Of a stretch of DNA of 64,000 nucleotides, positions 55,149 to 64,000 are shown in pieces. The notes beneath the pieces are model-generated. The model saw nothing but the letters and a program-made list of their open reading frames with translations, had not been told where the DNA came from and made no database searches. The position numbers were made by a program, and so were the translations under genes. Source of the stretch: a virus (Duplodnaviria > Caudoviricetes); the IMG/VR virus record IMGVR_UViG_3300032770_000022, positions 1,142-65,141 of that record, one strand, 5' to 3'. Position 1 is the stretch's first letter, and every line of letters starts with the position of its first letter.

Positions 55149-55601
55149 ATTCGTACTTATGGGCGCGTCACGGACCCGCAGACCGGCGCGCGGTGGTGGG
55201 TCCAGGTCGATCCCGACGCGAACGGCTTTGCTGATTCGGTGTATCTGACCGCGCTCTGCCAGACGCTCAAGCTGAACCTCGGCGAAAGCCCGTTCTATGG
55301 CGATTGGGGCATCCCGGCCAAGGAGAGCGTGCTGACGCAAATCCAGCCGGACTACTATGTGATGCGCACGCAGCAGCGATATGCGCCGTATTTCTTGTTC
55401 CTCGGCGTGCAGAAGCTTCCCGGCACGTTTCCGCCGCTGCCGACGTACGACGTGACGGTCATCTTCCATACCGGAGCGCAGGACTCGGTGACCGTGATAC
55501 CCGTCGCTCAGGTGGACGGATTCGGCATCGTGCAGGTGGACGGCCACGGCAACGCCCTATCGACGGGCCAGACGAAGACGGGACGATATGTGGCGCAATA
55601 G
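55149..55601 (+). CDS. Baseplate wedge / sheath initiator
   Basis: 'LKLNLGESPFY..WGIP'; probable ATT start 55149 after GGGGAG. Confidence 0.65.
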   Translation: MRTYGRVTDPQTGARWWVQVDPDANGFADSVYLTALCQTLKLNLGESPFYGDWGIPAKESVLTQIQPDYYVMRTQQRYAPYFLFLGVQKLPGTFPPLPTYDVTVIFHTGAQDSVTVIPVAQVDGFGIVQVDGHGNALSTGQTKTGRYVAQ

Positions 55602-56982
55602 GCTGCTCCTGCTCGCTGTGGTGCTGCTGGCATCCCTGCCGGCGATGGCGCAGAACAACTGCAATCCGCCGCAATCGCCGTTGGGATCAATGGGGTGCCA
55701 GCCAGCCATCCCGCAACCGTTCCAAGGCGGCGACCTGATCCAGGTTTGGCGGCCGACCTCGTTTCCGAACTCCCTGGGGACGGGCACGCTGACGAACCTG
55801 TCCTCATACATCAACCAGCAGTTCGGCCTGGTGCCCACCACGTTCACTTCGCTCCAGACATTCACCGCCTCGCCCACGGGCATCGCGGTGACGCACAACG
55901 AGACGATCGGCGGCGCGCTGGTAATGACCGGCAACCAGTCGGCGATCGGCGCGAACCAGTCGATCCTGACGGAGACATTCGACCAGACTCTGTCGAACTC
56001 AACCACTAACCAGACCGTAACCCAGGCTTATCTGACTCACAGCATCAACGGTCAGCAGCTTTGGAACAACTTCGATGTGATGTATTACAATGTCCCAGGC
56101 GGAGACAGCGTTGCCTTCCCAGGCGGGGATATCGTCACCCGGTACGTCTCGGCCATCCACCAGACCAATGCACCGAATGTCTCCCAGGAGACATTCATCG
56201 CGGCGATGAACGACTTCACATTGCAGCCGTCGTCGGTATCGGGGTCGCTGCTGACCGAAGAACTCGACATGGCTGTGGCCGGCGCGGACGACAGCCCGCA
56301 CTATGGCAGGCAAGTGCTCCTGGTATCCGGGGCGAGGGCGCCGGGATACGCAGGAACCGATACTGTCATCACGCAAGGCATCAACCTGATCAGCGACGCC
56401 AACACGACATTCAAGAACGGTTTCGCGATCAACGCCGCTTTCAATCACGCAGGAATCGACTTCACGGCGGCGAGGCCCGTATCGAATGCACCGGCCATAC
56501 AATTGGCGACGGGCCAGATCATCGGCCTGGACAACGCTGGCAGCGGTGGCATTCCTGTCGTCAGCATCAAGAGCGACGGCGCAGGCGTCATCAGCAGCAC
56601 AGGTTTTGGAACCACGGGGGCGGGGCAAATTTCGTTCGCTTCTGGCGCAGGAGGCATAGGCTACGATTCCGGGACAAACTCGATCGTCACCTACTTCGGT
56701 GGAACCAAATACTTCTTCGTCAACTCGGCCAACATAACGGCGACGCCGCTTTTCACCGCCAGTGCAGGAATGATCTCGGGCGCGAGCATCCTCACGACGG
56801 CGGCTGGGGACATTGCGTTGTCCAAGTCCGCCGCATCGAATACGGCGCCTGGGGCTGGCGGCATGAGGCTGCGAGCGGTGTGCGGGACTTCGGGAACGCT
56901 CACTCTTGAGGCGTTCGCCGGCACGTCTTCGACGCCAGTGGCAATCGTCAGCAATGTCGGAACCGGAGTAACGGGATGCTAG
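55588..56982 (+). CDS. Fibre-like beta-rich protein with signal-peptide-like N-terminus
   Basis: [22 protein letters not shown]; S/T/G-rich. Confidence 0.55.
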   Translation: MWRNRLLLLAVVLLASLPAMAQNNCNPPQSPLGSMGCQPAIPQPFQGGDLIQVWRPTSFPNSLGTGTLTNLSSYINQQFGLVPTTFTSLQTFTASPTGIAVTHNETIGGALVMTGNQSAIGANQSILTETFDQTLSNSTTNQTVTQAYLTHSINGQQLWNNFDVMYYNVPGGDSVAFPGGDIVTRYVSAIHQTNAPNVSQETFIAAMNDFTLQPSSVSGSLLTEELDMAVAGADDSPHYGRQVLLVSGARAPGYAGTDTVITQGINLISDANTTFKNGFAINAAFNHAGIDFTAARPVSNAPAIQLATGQIIGLDNAGSGGIPVVSIKSDGAGVISSTGFGTTGAGQISFASGAGGIGYDSGTNSIVTYFGGTKYFFVNSANITATPLFTASAGMISGASILTTAAGDIALSKSAASNTAPGAGGMRLRAVCGTSGTLTLEAFAGTSSTPVAIVSNVGTGVTGC

Positions 56983-57197
56983 GTCGTCTTCTGCTGATCG
57001 TCGCGCTCCTGGCGCCATCCGTCGCGTTCGCACAGGCACCGGCACCGACTCCGCAGGACCAGCAGCAGGCGGAGGCAGCGACGCTCGCGGACCTCGGGGC
57101 GCAGATCGTGTCGCTGCGTGCTCAATACCTCGCGGACCAGCGGCGCATCGCGGACCTCGAAAAGCAGATACCGAAGCCGCCGGACAAACCGAAGTAG
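56976..57197 (+). CDS. Small secreted/coiled-coil protein
   Basis: Signal-like N-terminus AFA-Q followed by a coiled coil. Confidence 0.5.
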   Translation: MLGRLLLIVALLAPSVAFAQAPAPTPQDQQQAEAATLADLGAQIVSLRAQYLADQRRIADLEKQIPKPPDKPK

Positions 57198-57206
57198 GAG
57201 CATCGC

Positions 57207-57473
57207 ATGGCAACGACTGGCTTCACGCCTCCGAACTCTCCTGTCGGCGACGGCCCTGTGGTGCGGGGCTTCTCGATCACCAAGAGCGACACGACGGTAT
57301 TCGCCCCCACGCGCTACATCTTCGTGGGCGGCACCGGAGCGCTCGCGGTCGTGCTTGCTGGGGACGATACAGTGCTGACGCTGAGCGCGATCCCGGCCGG
57401 CACGATGCTGCCGCTCTGCGCGATCAAGGTGATGGCGGCGACGACCGCCACGCTGCTCGTCGGGCTGTACTGA
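57207..57473 (+). CDS. Head-spike base protein-like (RcGTA Rcc01079 family)
   Basis: 'IT.SD......[11 protein letters not shown]......AG..LP....V.A..TA..LVGLY'. Confidence 0.65.
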   Translation: MATTGFTPPNSPVGDGPVVRGFSITKSDTTVFAPTRYIFVGGTGALAVVLAGDDTVLTLSAIPAGTMLPLCAIKVMAATTATLLVGLY

Positions 57474-57484
57474 GGGAGGCTGAC

Positions 57485-57715
57485 ATGCCGCTGCTCGGGG
57501 GTTCATCGCGCGAAGTCGTGTCCAAGAACATCGAGACCGAGATGAATGCCGGCAAGCCGCAGCCTCAAGCGGTCGCGATCGCCATGTCCAAGGCCGGGCT
57601 GTCGAAGAAGGACGATTGCCCGCAGACGAGCTACATGGACGCGTGCCGACGCGGCGACGGTGCCGCGATGGCCTCACACTCGGCGGCGATGCTGCGCGGT
57701 CGCGTGGTGCGGTAA
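57485..57715 (+). CDS. Small conserved phage protein
   Basis: 'MPL..GSS..VVSKNI..EM.AGKP..QAVAIA.SKAG'. Confidence 0.6.
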   Translation: MPLLGGSSREVVSKNIETEMNAGKPQPQAVAIAMSKAGLSKKDDCPQTSYMDACRRGDGAAMASHSAAMLRGRVVR

Positions 57716-59209
57716 ATGAGCGGCTTCTACTTCGGGGACCCGCTGCCGCCCCCGAACCCGCTGATCTACCCGATCGTGATGACGCAGGCCGGGGTTCTCC
57801 CGCAGAACCCGCAGGACCTGCTCACGGCGCTCATCAACCTCGTCACGTACGGCACCGACCAGACCGGGGCCTCGGTGATGACGCCGGACCCCGGCTACAC
57901 CGCGTCCCTGCCCGGCAGCCTGATCGAGGACATATCTTCAACCGACATAGGCGCCTGCGTGCTGATGGATCAGGCGCGCGTCGAGCTGATCAACTCGCTG
58001 ACGCCATACGGGGCGAACGCGTTCATCCTGGCGCAGTTGGGCAGCCTGCTCGGCGTGCCAATCGGGCTCCAGTCGAACATGAGCGTGTCGGTCATCTTCT
58101 CCGGCACGCCCGGCTTCCTGATCCAGTCCGGGTTCCAGGTGTCGGACGGCAACCACACATACGTGACGCAGCAGCCCACGGTGATCGCGGGCAGCGGATC
58201 GTCGCTGCCGGTGACCGCCGTCGCGGAGATCGCGGGCGTCTGGCAAGTGCCGCTGAACTCGGTGACGACGATCGTCACTTCGGTTCCGACCGGCGTGACG
58301 CTGACGGTAGACAACCCGTTCGCCGTGGGCATGCCGGGGACGATCCAGGAGAGCGAGCAAGCCTACCGACTGCGCGTGCTCCAGGCCGAGACGGTAGCCT
58401 GCCAGGGCACTGCGCCGTTCCTTAAGACGCTGCTGTCGCAGGTTCCGGGCGTGGTGCCGAACCAGATCGCGGTGCAATCCGTATCCGGCGGCGGCTGGAA
58501 GGTGATCTGCGGAGGGTCGAGTCCTGACACTAACCAGATCGCGGCGGCGATCTACCTCGCGGTGCCGGACATCGGCATGCTTGTCACGTCCACCCTGGCG
58601 GTGACGGCGATCACGCAGGCGAATCCAGGCGTGGTGACGACGGACCTCAACCATCTGCTGGTCAACGGTCAGACCGCGACGATCAGCGGATCAAACCCGA
58701 CGAACTACAACGGGTCCGGCACGGTGACGGTGATCGACGAGAAGAACTTCTCCATCGCGATCAACACGACCGGCTTCCCGTCCTACGTGGGCAGCGCGAT
58801 CGTCACGCCGAACATCCGCAACAATCTCGCCACGATCGACGACTACCCGGACAGTTACGTGATCCCCTTCATCACGCCGCCCTCGCAGACGGCGACGGTG
58901 GTGCTGACCTGGAACACGCCCAACCCGTTCGCCGCCGCGATCGTATTCAATCAGGCGGCGCAGACGGCGATCATCCAGTATATCAACGCGATCCCGGTAG
59001 GCGCGCCGATCAACCTGTTCGCGATGCAGGAAGCGGTGCAGGCGGCCACGTCGAGCATTCTGCTTCTGTCGCAACTCACGCGCATGGTCTGGTCGGTAGC
59101 GATCAACGGCGTGACGACGCCGCCCATCTCCGGGACTGGCGAGATCGTGGGCGATCCTGAATCATATTTCACCAGCTCGCCCGCGACGGTCACCGTTACG
59201 CAAGGATAG
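57716..59209 (+). CDS. Baseplate J-like protein
   Basis: 'P..AN...L.QLG.L.G', 'ESEQAYRLRV', 'L.QVPGV'. Confidence 0.8.
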   Translation: MSGFYFGDPLPPPNPLIYPIVMTQAGVLPQNPQDLLTALINLVTYGTDQTGASVMTPDPGYTASLPGSLIEDISSTDIGACVLMDQARVELINSLTPYGANAFILAQLGSLLGVPIGLQSNMSVSVIFSGTPGFLIQSGFQVSDGNHTYVTQQPTVIAGSGSSLPVTAVAEIAGVWQVPLNSVTTIVTSVPTGVTLTVDNPFAVGMPGTIQESEQAYRLRVLQAETVACQGTAPFLKTLLSQVPGVVPNQIAVQSVSGGGWKVICGGSSPDTNQIAAAIYLAVPDIGMLVTSTLAVTAITQANPGVVTTDLNHLLVNGQTATISGSNPTNYNGSGTVTVIDEKNFSIAINTTGFPSYVGSAIVTPNIRNNLATIDDYPDSYVIPFITPPSQTATVVLTWNTPNPFAAAIVFNQAAQTAIIQYINAIPVGAPINLFAMQEAVQAATSSILLLSQLTRMVWSVAINGVTTPPISGTGEIVGDPESYFTSSPATVTVTQG

Positions 59210-59213
59210 ATCG

Positions 59214-60884
59214 ATGATCCGCAAGCTGCTCGCCGGCCTGCTGCTGATGTTGCTGCCCGCCTACGCGCAGGCGCAGCGCGTGATCTCGGACTATTCCCCC
59301 GCGCCGTCAATCAACCTCGGCGACAAGCTGCTGCTGCAACAGGGACCGCGCACGACGCCGTACACCTACGGAACGCCGGCGCAGTTGCAGACGCTGTTCC
59401 AGGCGCAGCCGTGGACATTCGGTGCGACAGGCACCGGCCTCGCCGTCACCAACAACGAGACGGTCGGCGGAACTCTCACTGTGGGCGGCACGATCGCTAC
59501 GGTTCCTCCCGCCACCGGGGTTGCTTCGACAGACACCACGAATCTCCAGACTGCGGCGACGGCAGCGGCAGGAGGAATGATGATAATCCCGGCCGGGACG
59601 TATGCGCAGAACACACCGGTCACCATCTTTTCCGGCACCCACGTCCTTTGCGCCAGGGGCGCGATCCTTCAGGCATCAGCGACCTGGGTCGGATCGGTGT
59701 TCTTCCTTCTCACCAACCAGCACAACACGGATGGGCAGGGGGTACTCACCGACCACGACATCACCATCCAGGGATGCACGCTGGATGTCGGAACCAACCG
59801 GCCGACATCGTTCCAGTTCCATGCGATTCACATGGAATGGGCGTCCAGGATCAGGGTGCGCGATGTCTACTGCTTCGGCGGCGGCGATTGCACAGCGATG
59901 GTCGCGGACCAGGATACAGTCGTTGAAGCCAGCACATCCGTAGGGACAGGGAACGCCTGCTGGGATCATTGGTTCCATCCCGCAGACGGAGTCGTGGTCA
60001 ATTCCTATTGTCAGCCGAACGCGACGCAGGGCGGATGCGTTCTTTACAACGGGCCGGAGAATGGCGGCGACAACAGCAGCACAACCGGAGGGTATTTCTC
60101 GGGACTGACCTGTACAGGGCTATCTGCTGGACAGGCGGGAATCTGGATAGGCTCCATCGCCGGAGTGCCGTCCGGATCAGGTGGACACGGGGCAGTGGTC
60201 ACGCACAATTACATCGATGGCGGGAGCAATGCCGTCAATGCGTGCATAAAGAACGAGGGTGCGGAGGTCGGGACCATCATCGATGGAAACACCTGCATCA
60301 ATGCCTCGGCGACCGCGACTTCGGGTATCGCTGACATTACGGACACGGGAGGCACGCCGACCGATACCGTGATCTCGAACAACGTGATGACCAACTGGGG
60401 CAGCGCCGGGTCGGTGTTCTGGACGGACGGTGCGCGGACGAAGATAAGAAGCAACCGGGTTGGGACAGCCACGTTTGCCTTCGATGTCCGGCTGAACGGC
60501 AATCAGGACTCCTCTGTGGATAATTACTGGCCGGCCGGAGGCAGCGGGACATACAATCTGAGCAGCGGAACGAATTACGTCATCAAGGACCTGTTCCAGT
60601 CGGCGCCGCAGACTCCGTCATCATGCGGCACAAGCCCGACCTTTTCCACTTCATCGAATGACCGTGCCTGGACGCTCAATGTCGGCAGCGGCGGTCCGGT
60701 GACTGCCTGCAATTTTTCGTTCCGGGTTGCCTTCGCCCTGACGCCGACATGCGTCGTCACGAGTGATCTTGCTGGGGCCAATCCAAGCATATCGGCAATC
60801 ACCACAACCTCAATCACAATCGCCACGGCATCGGACGTGACAGGCAAACATCTCTACGGCGTCTGCCAGCAACCAGGATCATGA
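59214..60884 (+). CDS. Tailspike-like parallel beta-helix (pectin-lyase fold) protein
   Basis: 'DTTNLQ.A......IIPAGTY' plus beta-helix repeats; signal-like N-terminus. Confidence 0.65.
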   Translation: MIRKLLAGLLLMLLPAYAQAQRVISDYSPAPSINLGDKLLLQQGPRTTPYTYGTPAQLQTLFQAQPWTFGATGTGLAVTNNETVGGTLTVGGTIATVPPATGVASTDTTNLQTAATAAAGGMMIIPAGTYAQNTPVTIFSGTHVLCARGAILQASATWVGSVFFLLTNQHNTDGQGVLTDHDITIQGCTLDVGTNRPTSFQFHAIHMEWASRIRVRDVYCFGGGDCTAMVADQDTVVEASTSVGTGNACWDHWFHPADGVVVNSYCQPNATQGGCVLYNGPENGGDNSSTTGGYFSGLTCTGLSAGQAGIWIGSIAGVPSGSGGHGAVVTHNYIDGGSNAVNACIKNEGAEVGTIIDGNTCINASATATSGIADITDTGGTPTDTVISNNVMTNWGSAGSVFWTDGARTKIRSNRVGTATFAFDVRLNGNQDSSVDNYWPAGGSGTYNLSSGTNYVIKDLFQSAPQTPSSCGTSPTFSTSSNDRAWTLNVGSGGPVTACNFSFRVAFALTPTCVVTSDLAGANPSISAITTTSITIATASDVTGKHLYGVCQQPGS

Positions 60885-60885
60885 G

Positions 60886-61605
60886 ATGAGCGGCGCCTAC
60901 GTCGGCGATCCGTCCGGCGGTTATCTCGGCGATCCGTCCGGCGGCTACGTCGCGGACCCTGGGGGCGTCGTGCCGCAGGGGCCGCCGTTTCCGCCATCTG
61001 GCCCGGTATCCGTGACGCGGGTCCTGCCATCGTATCTCTATCAGCAGTACACCGACGACGACGCGCTCCAGACCTTCGTCGCTGCGTACAACGTGATGGC
61101 GCAGCAATGGCTGGACAACATCAACGCGCTCAACCTGCCGGTCTGGTCGAACCTCTCTGGCATGCTGCTCGATTGGGTCGGCGCCGGGTTGTATGGCATC
61201 CCGAGGCCGACGCTGTCCTACGTGCAGACGACGTTCGTCGCGGGCTACGGCGTCGCGCCCTACGGCTTCCTGCCATACGCCATGCCGTTCGGCACCGCGC
61301 ACGTATCGGTGCTGCCGGTCAACGACGACATCTACAAGCGGGTGATCACCTGGCACCGCTACAAGGGCGACGGCTACCAGTACTCGGCGCGGTGGCTCAA
61401 GCAGCGCGTGCATCGCTTCCTGAACGGATCGAACGGAGTGCTCACGGTGAATGACAACACGTACGACGTGAGCGTGAGCTACGCGGGCGCTGTGGTGACG
61501 ATCACCGTGGCGAATACGCCGATCGGCACGATCCTCAAGTTCGCCATCGCCGATGGCATCTTGGCGCTTCCGTTCCAGTATTCCTTCTCGGTGACATTGG
61601 TCTGA
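60886..61605 (+). CDS. Baseplate wedge subunit
   Basis: 'LLDWVG..LYGI.R', 'DDIYKRVI.W'; N-terminal 3x YxGDPSGG repeat. Confidence 0.7.
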   Translation: MSGAYVGDPSGGYLGDPSGGYVADPGGVVPQGPPFPPSGPVSVTRVLPSYLYQQYTDDDALQTFVAAYNVMAQQWLDNINALNLPVWSNLSGMLLDWVGAGLYGIPRPTLSYVQTTFVAGYGVAPYGFLPYAMPFGTAHVSVLPVNDDIYKRVITWHRYKGDGYQYSARWLKQRVHRFLNGSNGVLTVNDNTYDVSVSYAGAVVTITVANTPIGTILKFAIADGILALPFQYSFSVTLV

Positions 61606-61606
61606 C

Positions 61607-62365
61607 ATGGCCCTGTTCGTCTTCTCCGACTTCGCGACGACATCGCTCGCGGCGGCGGCGTCCGCCGGCTCGACCTCGCTGACGCTGGCACCCGGTACGG
61701 GGGCGCTGTTCCCCAGCCCGCCGGCCGGCCAGGAATTCGCGCTGGTGCTGAACGACCTCGCCACGCGGCTGAAGTTCGAGATCGTCTACTGCACCGCGCG
61801 CACGCTCGACGTGCTGACCGTCGTGCGCGGCCAGGAAGGCACGACGGCCCAGGCGTGGTCGATCGGAGACCTTTGCTGGAACGGCCCCACGGCGGGGCAG
61901 ATCGCCAACGCGGTGCAATCCCCGCACATGCTGGACGGCTCGATCAGCCCGACGTTCGGCAACATCACATCCAACGGAACCATCGTCGGAAACGGGCCTG
62001 GGTTACTTGCAATCGGCGCTGCCGGTTCCGGCAACAATTCGCGCATGGTCAATCTGGGAGATTTTACGGCTGGCGGTTCTGCTATACCGGGGTCAGGCTA
62101 TTTGGTTTTGCCGAATAGCTGGATATTTCAATGGGGCGTCGGTACTACATCGTCCGGAGGCACAGCAACAGTCACATATCCCCTTCCATTCCCAACGGGA
62201 GTATTCGGACTGGCCGCTGTCGTATTTGGTGATCTCTCCGACTCGCAACCAGGAATCAGTATAACGTGGAATCCGCTCGATGCCGCGCATTTCCAGCTTA
62301 TCAGCTACAACACTACCAGTTTAACGGGGCCGGTCTCCGCTAGTTATTTCTGCATAGGCCGGTAA
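61607..62365 (+). CDS. Tail fibre protein with gp53-like C-terminal domain
   Basis: 'EIVYCTAR..D.LTVVRGQEGT.A..W', 'GYLVLPN..IFQWG..V.YPLPFP'. Confidence 0.7.
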   Translation: MALFVFSDFATTSLAAAASAGSTSLTLAPGTGALFPSPPAGQEFALVLNDLATRLKFEIVYCTARTLDVLTVVRGQEGTTAQAWSIGDLCWNGPTAGQIANAVQSPHMLDGSISPTFGNITSNGTIVGNGPGLLAIGAAGSGNNSRMVNLGDFTAGGSAIPGSGYLVLPNSWIFQWGVGTTSSGGTATVTYPLPFPTGVFGLAAVVFGDLSDSQPGISITWNPLDAAHFQLISYNTTSLTGPVSASYFCIGR

Positions 62366-62770
62366 ATGTTGATCCCTCAGATCGACTTCGCGCTGGAGCC
62401 GCCGCCGATCCCATTAGGAGCGATGGCGCCCAACTCGGATCAGGACGGATCGTTCCTGATCGACGCGACCGCCAACATGACGCTGCGCGCGACGACGATC
62501 GCGAGCATCGGCTCTACGCCCATCGTCAAACGGCTGGACACGCATCCGATCACGTCGAGCGACATCGTGGTGTCCAACGTCGCTGTGCTCACGGTGCCGC
62601 AGCCGTTCGGCACGTCGGGCCAACTGATCCAGCCCGGCTACGGCTGGACGTTCACCGTCACGACCAATGGCAACGTCGGTTTCTATCTGATCGGCTTCCA
62701 GCTATCGCTCGCGAGCGGCAGCATGATCACGCGATGGGCAGGGCTTCCGGTGATCCCGTATCCCGGCTGA
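62366..62770 (+). CDS. Hypothetical virion protein
   Basis: ORF in tail operon. Confidence 0.5.
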   Translation: MLIPQIDFALEPPPIPLGAMAPNSDQDGSFLIDATANMTLRATTIASIGSTPIVKRLDTHPITSSDIVVSNVAVLTVPQPFGTSGQLIQPGYGWTFTVTTNGNVGFYLIGFQLSLASGSMITRWAGLPVIPYPG

Positions 62771-62795
62771 CGGCAAACTCAGGAAAGGAACTTCG

Positions 62796-63665
62796 ATGGC
62801 TCAGACGGGTTATCTCGCACGGAATGTCGAGAACTTCGTGGGCGGCAGCGTCGCGATGCCGGCGCTGGCGTCGCGGTATCTCGCCCTGTTCACCACGGCC
62901 CCGGCCGACAACGACAGCGGCTCGGTGGAGGTGAGCGGCGGCAGCTATGCGCGCGTCCAGATCGCGGGCACGGCGACGACGAATGCGACGACCGCCTCCG
63001 GCAACAACACGCTGCACTTCGCATCCACGCCCGCATGGATTCAGCCCGGCATGCAGGTGTTCGACAGCACGGCGCCATCGGTCATCCCCGGCAGCACCAC
63101 CGTCTCCAGCGTCACCGCGACGACCGTGGTCATGAGCCAGAACGCGACCGGCGCGGGCGTGGGCAGCGGCGACACGATCCTGTTCTCCGCGTTCGGGGCG
63201 GCGACCGGCCAGGGACCGGCGACGGCGACCTCGGTCTCGACGGTGACGTTCGCGCAGGCGACCGCATCCTGGGGCACGGCGGTCGCGTGGGGCGTCTACG
63301 ATGCGCTGACCTCCGGCAACCTGCTCGAATGGGACTGGCTCGGGAACGACCCCTGGTATCCGTGCTCGATCACCAACGCGTCTCCAGGCGTGATCACGGC
63401 GATCGGGATCACGGCTGGGTCCACCCCCGCGCTGGCGAACGGCGCGACCGTGGCGCTGACCGCGCGCTTCGGCGGCAGCATCGCGACGGGCCTCACGGCG
63501 GAGACGGTATACACGGTCGCGGGCCTGTCTTCCGACACGTTCAACGTCTCCACCAACACGACGAGCACCGGCTCGGCGATGGTGCGGCAGATCACGCAGC
63601 AGCCCATCGCGATCAACGTGACGGCCTCCTTCTCCACCGGCAACCTGATCCTCGCGGCGGCATAG
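62796..63665 (+). CDS. Tail fibre-associated protein
   Basis: 'YLALFT.AP.D...EVSGGSYARV', 'F..AT.SWGT...WG.YDA.TSGNLL'. Confidence 0.7.
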   Translation: MAQTGYLARNVENFVGGSVAMPALASRYLALFTTAPADNDSGSVEVSGGSYARVQIAGTATTNATTASGNNTLHFASTPAWIQPGMQVFDSTAPSVIPGSTTVSSVTATTVVMSQNATGAGVGSGDTILFSAFGAATGQGPATATSVSTVTFAQATASWGTAVAWGVYDALTSGNLLEWDWLGNDPWYPCSITNASPGVITAIGITAGSTPALANGATVALTARFGGSIATGLTAETVYTVAGLSSDTFNVSTNTTSTGSAMVRQITQQPIAINVTASFSTGNLILAAA

Positions 63666-63671
63666 TCCGCC

Positions 63672-64000
63672 GTGACGCACCGATGGGCCGACAGAGCCGC
63701 CGAGTACGTTGCCGCCCCCAGCGGCAGCGCGGCCTTTGCCGTGTCCTCGACGGCGCAGTGGCAGGCGAGCGTGACGGGCCTCGCCGGCAACTGGATCACT
63801 TTCGCCAATATCCCCTCGATCGCGACCGGCGACACACTGTTCTATTTCGCATACGACGCGAGCGGGAACACCGAGATCGGCCTGGGGACCTACAGTTCGT
63901 CCGCGCACACGCTGACCAGGACGACCATTCTGGAAAGCACCAACAGCAACGCAGCGTGCTCGTTCGTGGGCAACGTGCTGGTGGTCAACACCGTACCGGC
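63672..64000 (+). CDS. Virion protein (3'-truncated)
   Basis: GTG start; 'WADRAAE...EIGLGTY....TLTRTTILESTN' read by hand; open to the window end. Confidence 0.55.
   Translation, partial: MTHRWADRAAEYVAAPSGSAAFAVSSTAQWQASVTGLAGNWITFANIPSIATGDTLFYFAYDASGNTEIGLGTYSSSAHTLTRTTILESTNSNAACSFVGNVLVVNTVP

Noticed and set aside
1-64000. Integrated prophage, DGR or retron
   Set aside because: No integrase, host genes, reverse transcriptase or TR/VR repeat pair was seen in the window; lifestyle cannot be determined.

Overview
The window is most of a GC-rich, circularly permuted tailed-phage genome with a contractile tail (sheath, tube, baseplate J). The host is probably an alphaproteobacterium, judged from GcrA-like, GapR-like and DUF1376 genes. 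Gene order: end of a fibre-like gene and a lysis/accessory block with an S53 peptidase, holin-like gene and GH25 endolysin (1-7.7 kb); leftward recombination block with RecT (7.7-14.8 kb); rightward replication block with RuvC-like, DUF1376, primase-helicase, SNF2 and DNA methylase (15-24.2 kb); leftward accessory block (24.5-27.7 kb); then terminase, portal, head, neck, tail, baseplate and fibre genes (28.4-64 kb) carrying three GIY-YIG homing endonucleases. No integrase, cas1/cas2 or canonical CRISPR array is visible. The main discovery is a candidate RNA-guided system in the head module. It consists of a stand-alone RAMP/Cas7-like gene (32096-32812), a helical partner gene (32809-33249) and four non-coding arrays of 5-nt GGY-NN units (31790, 33259, 36550, 38816). 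Three arrays end in their own UUCG hairpin, and two have a clear sigma70-type promoter. Reading only the variable NN dinucleotides and skipping every third target base decodes three guides to codon positions 1-2 of the adjacent portal, prohead-protease and major-capsid genes. The phage's own alleles differ from the guides, including three Ser TCN>AGY switches in the capsid gene. This fits guides aimed at related competitor phages plus self-immunity. All family assignments come from motif recognition by eye; no searches were run.
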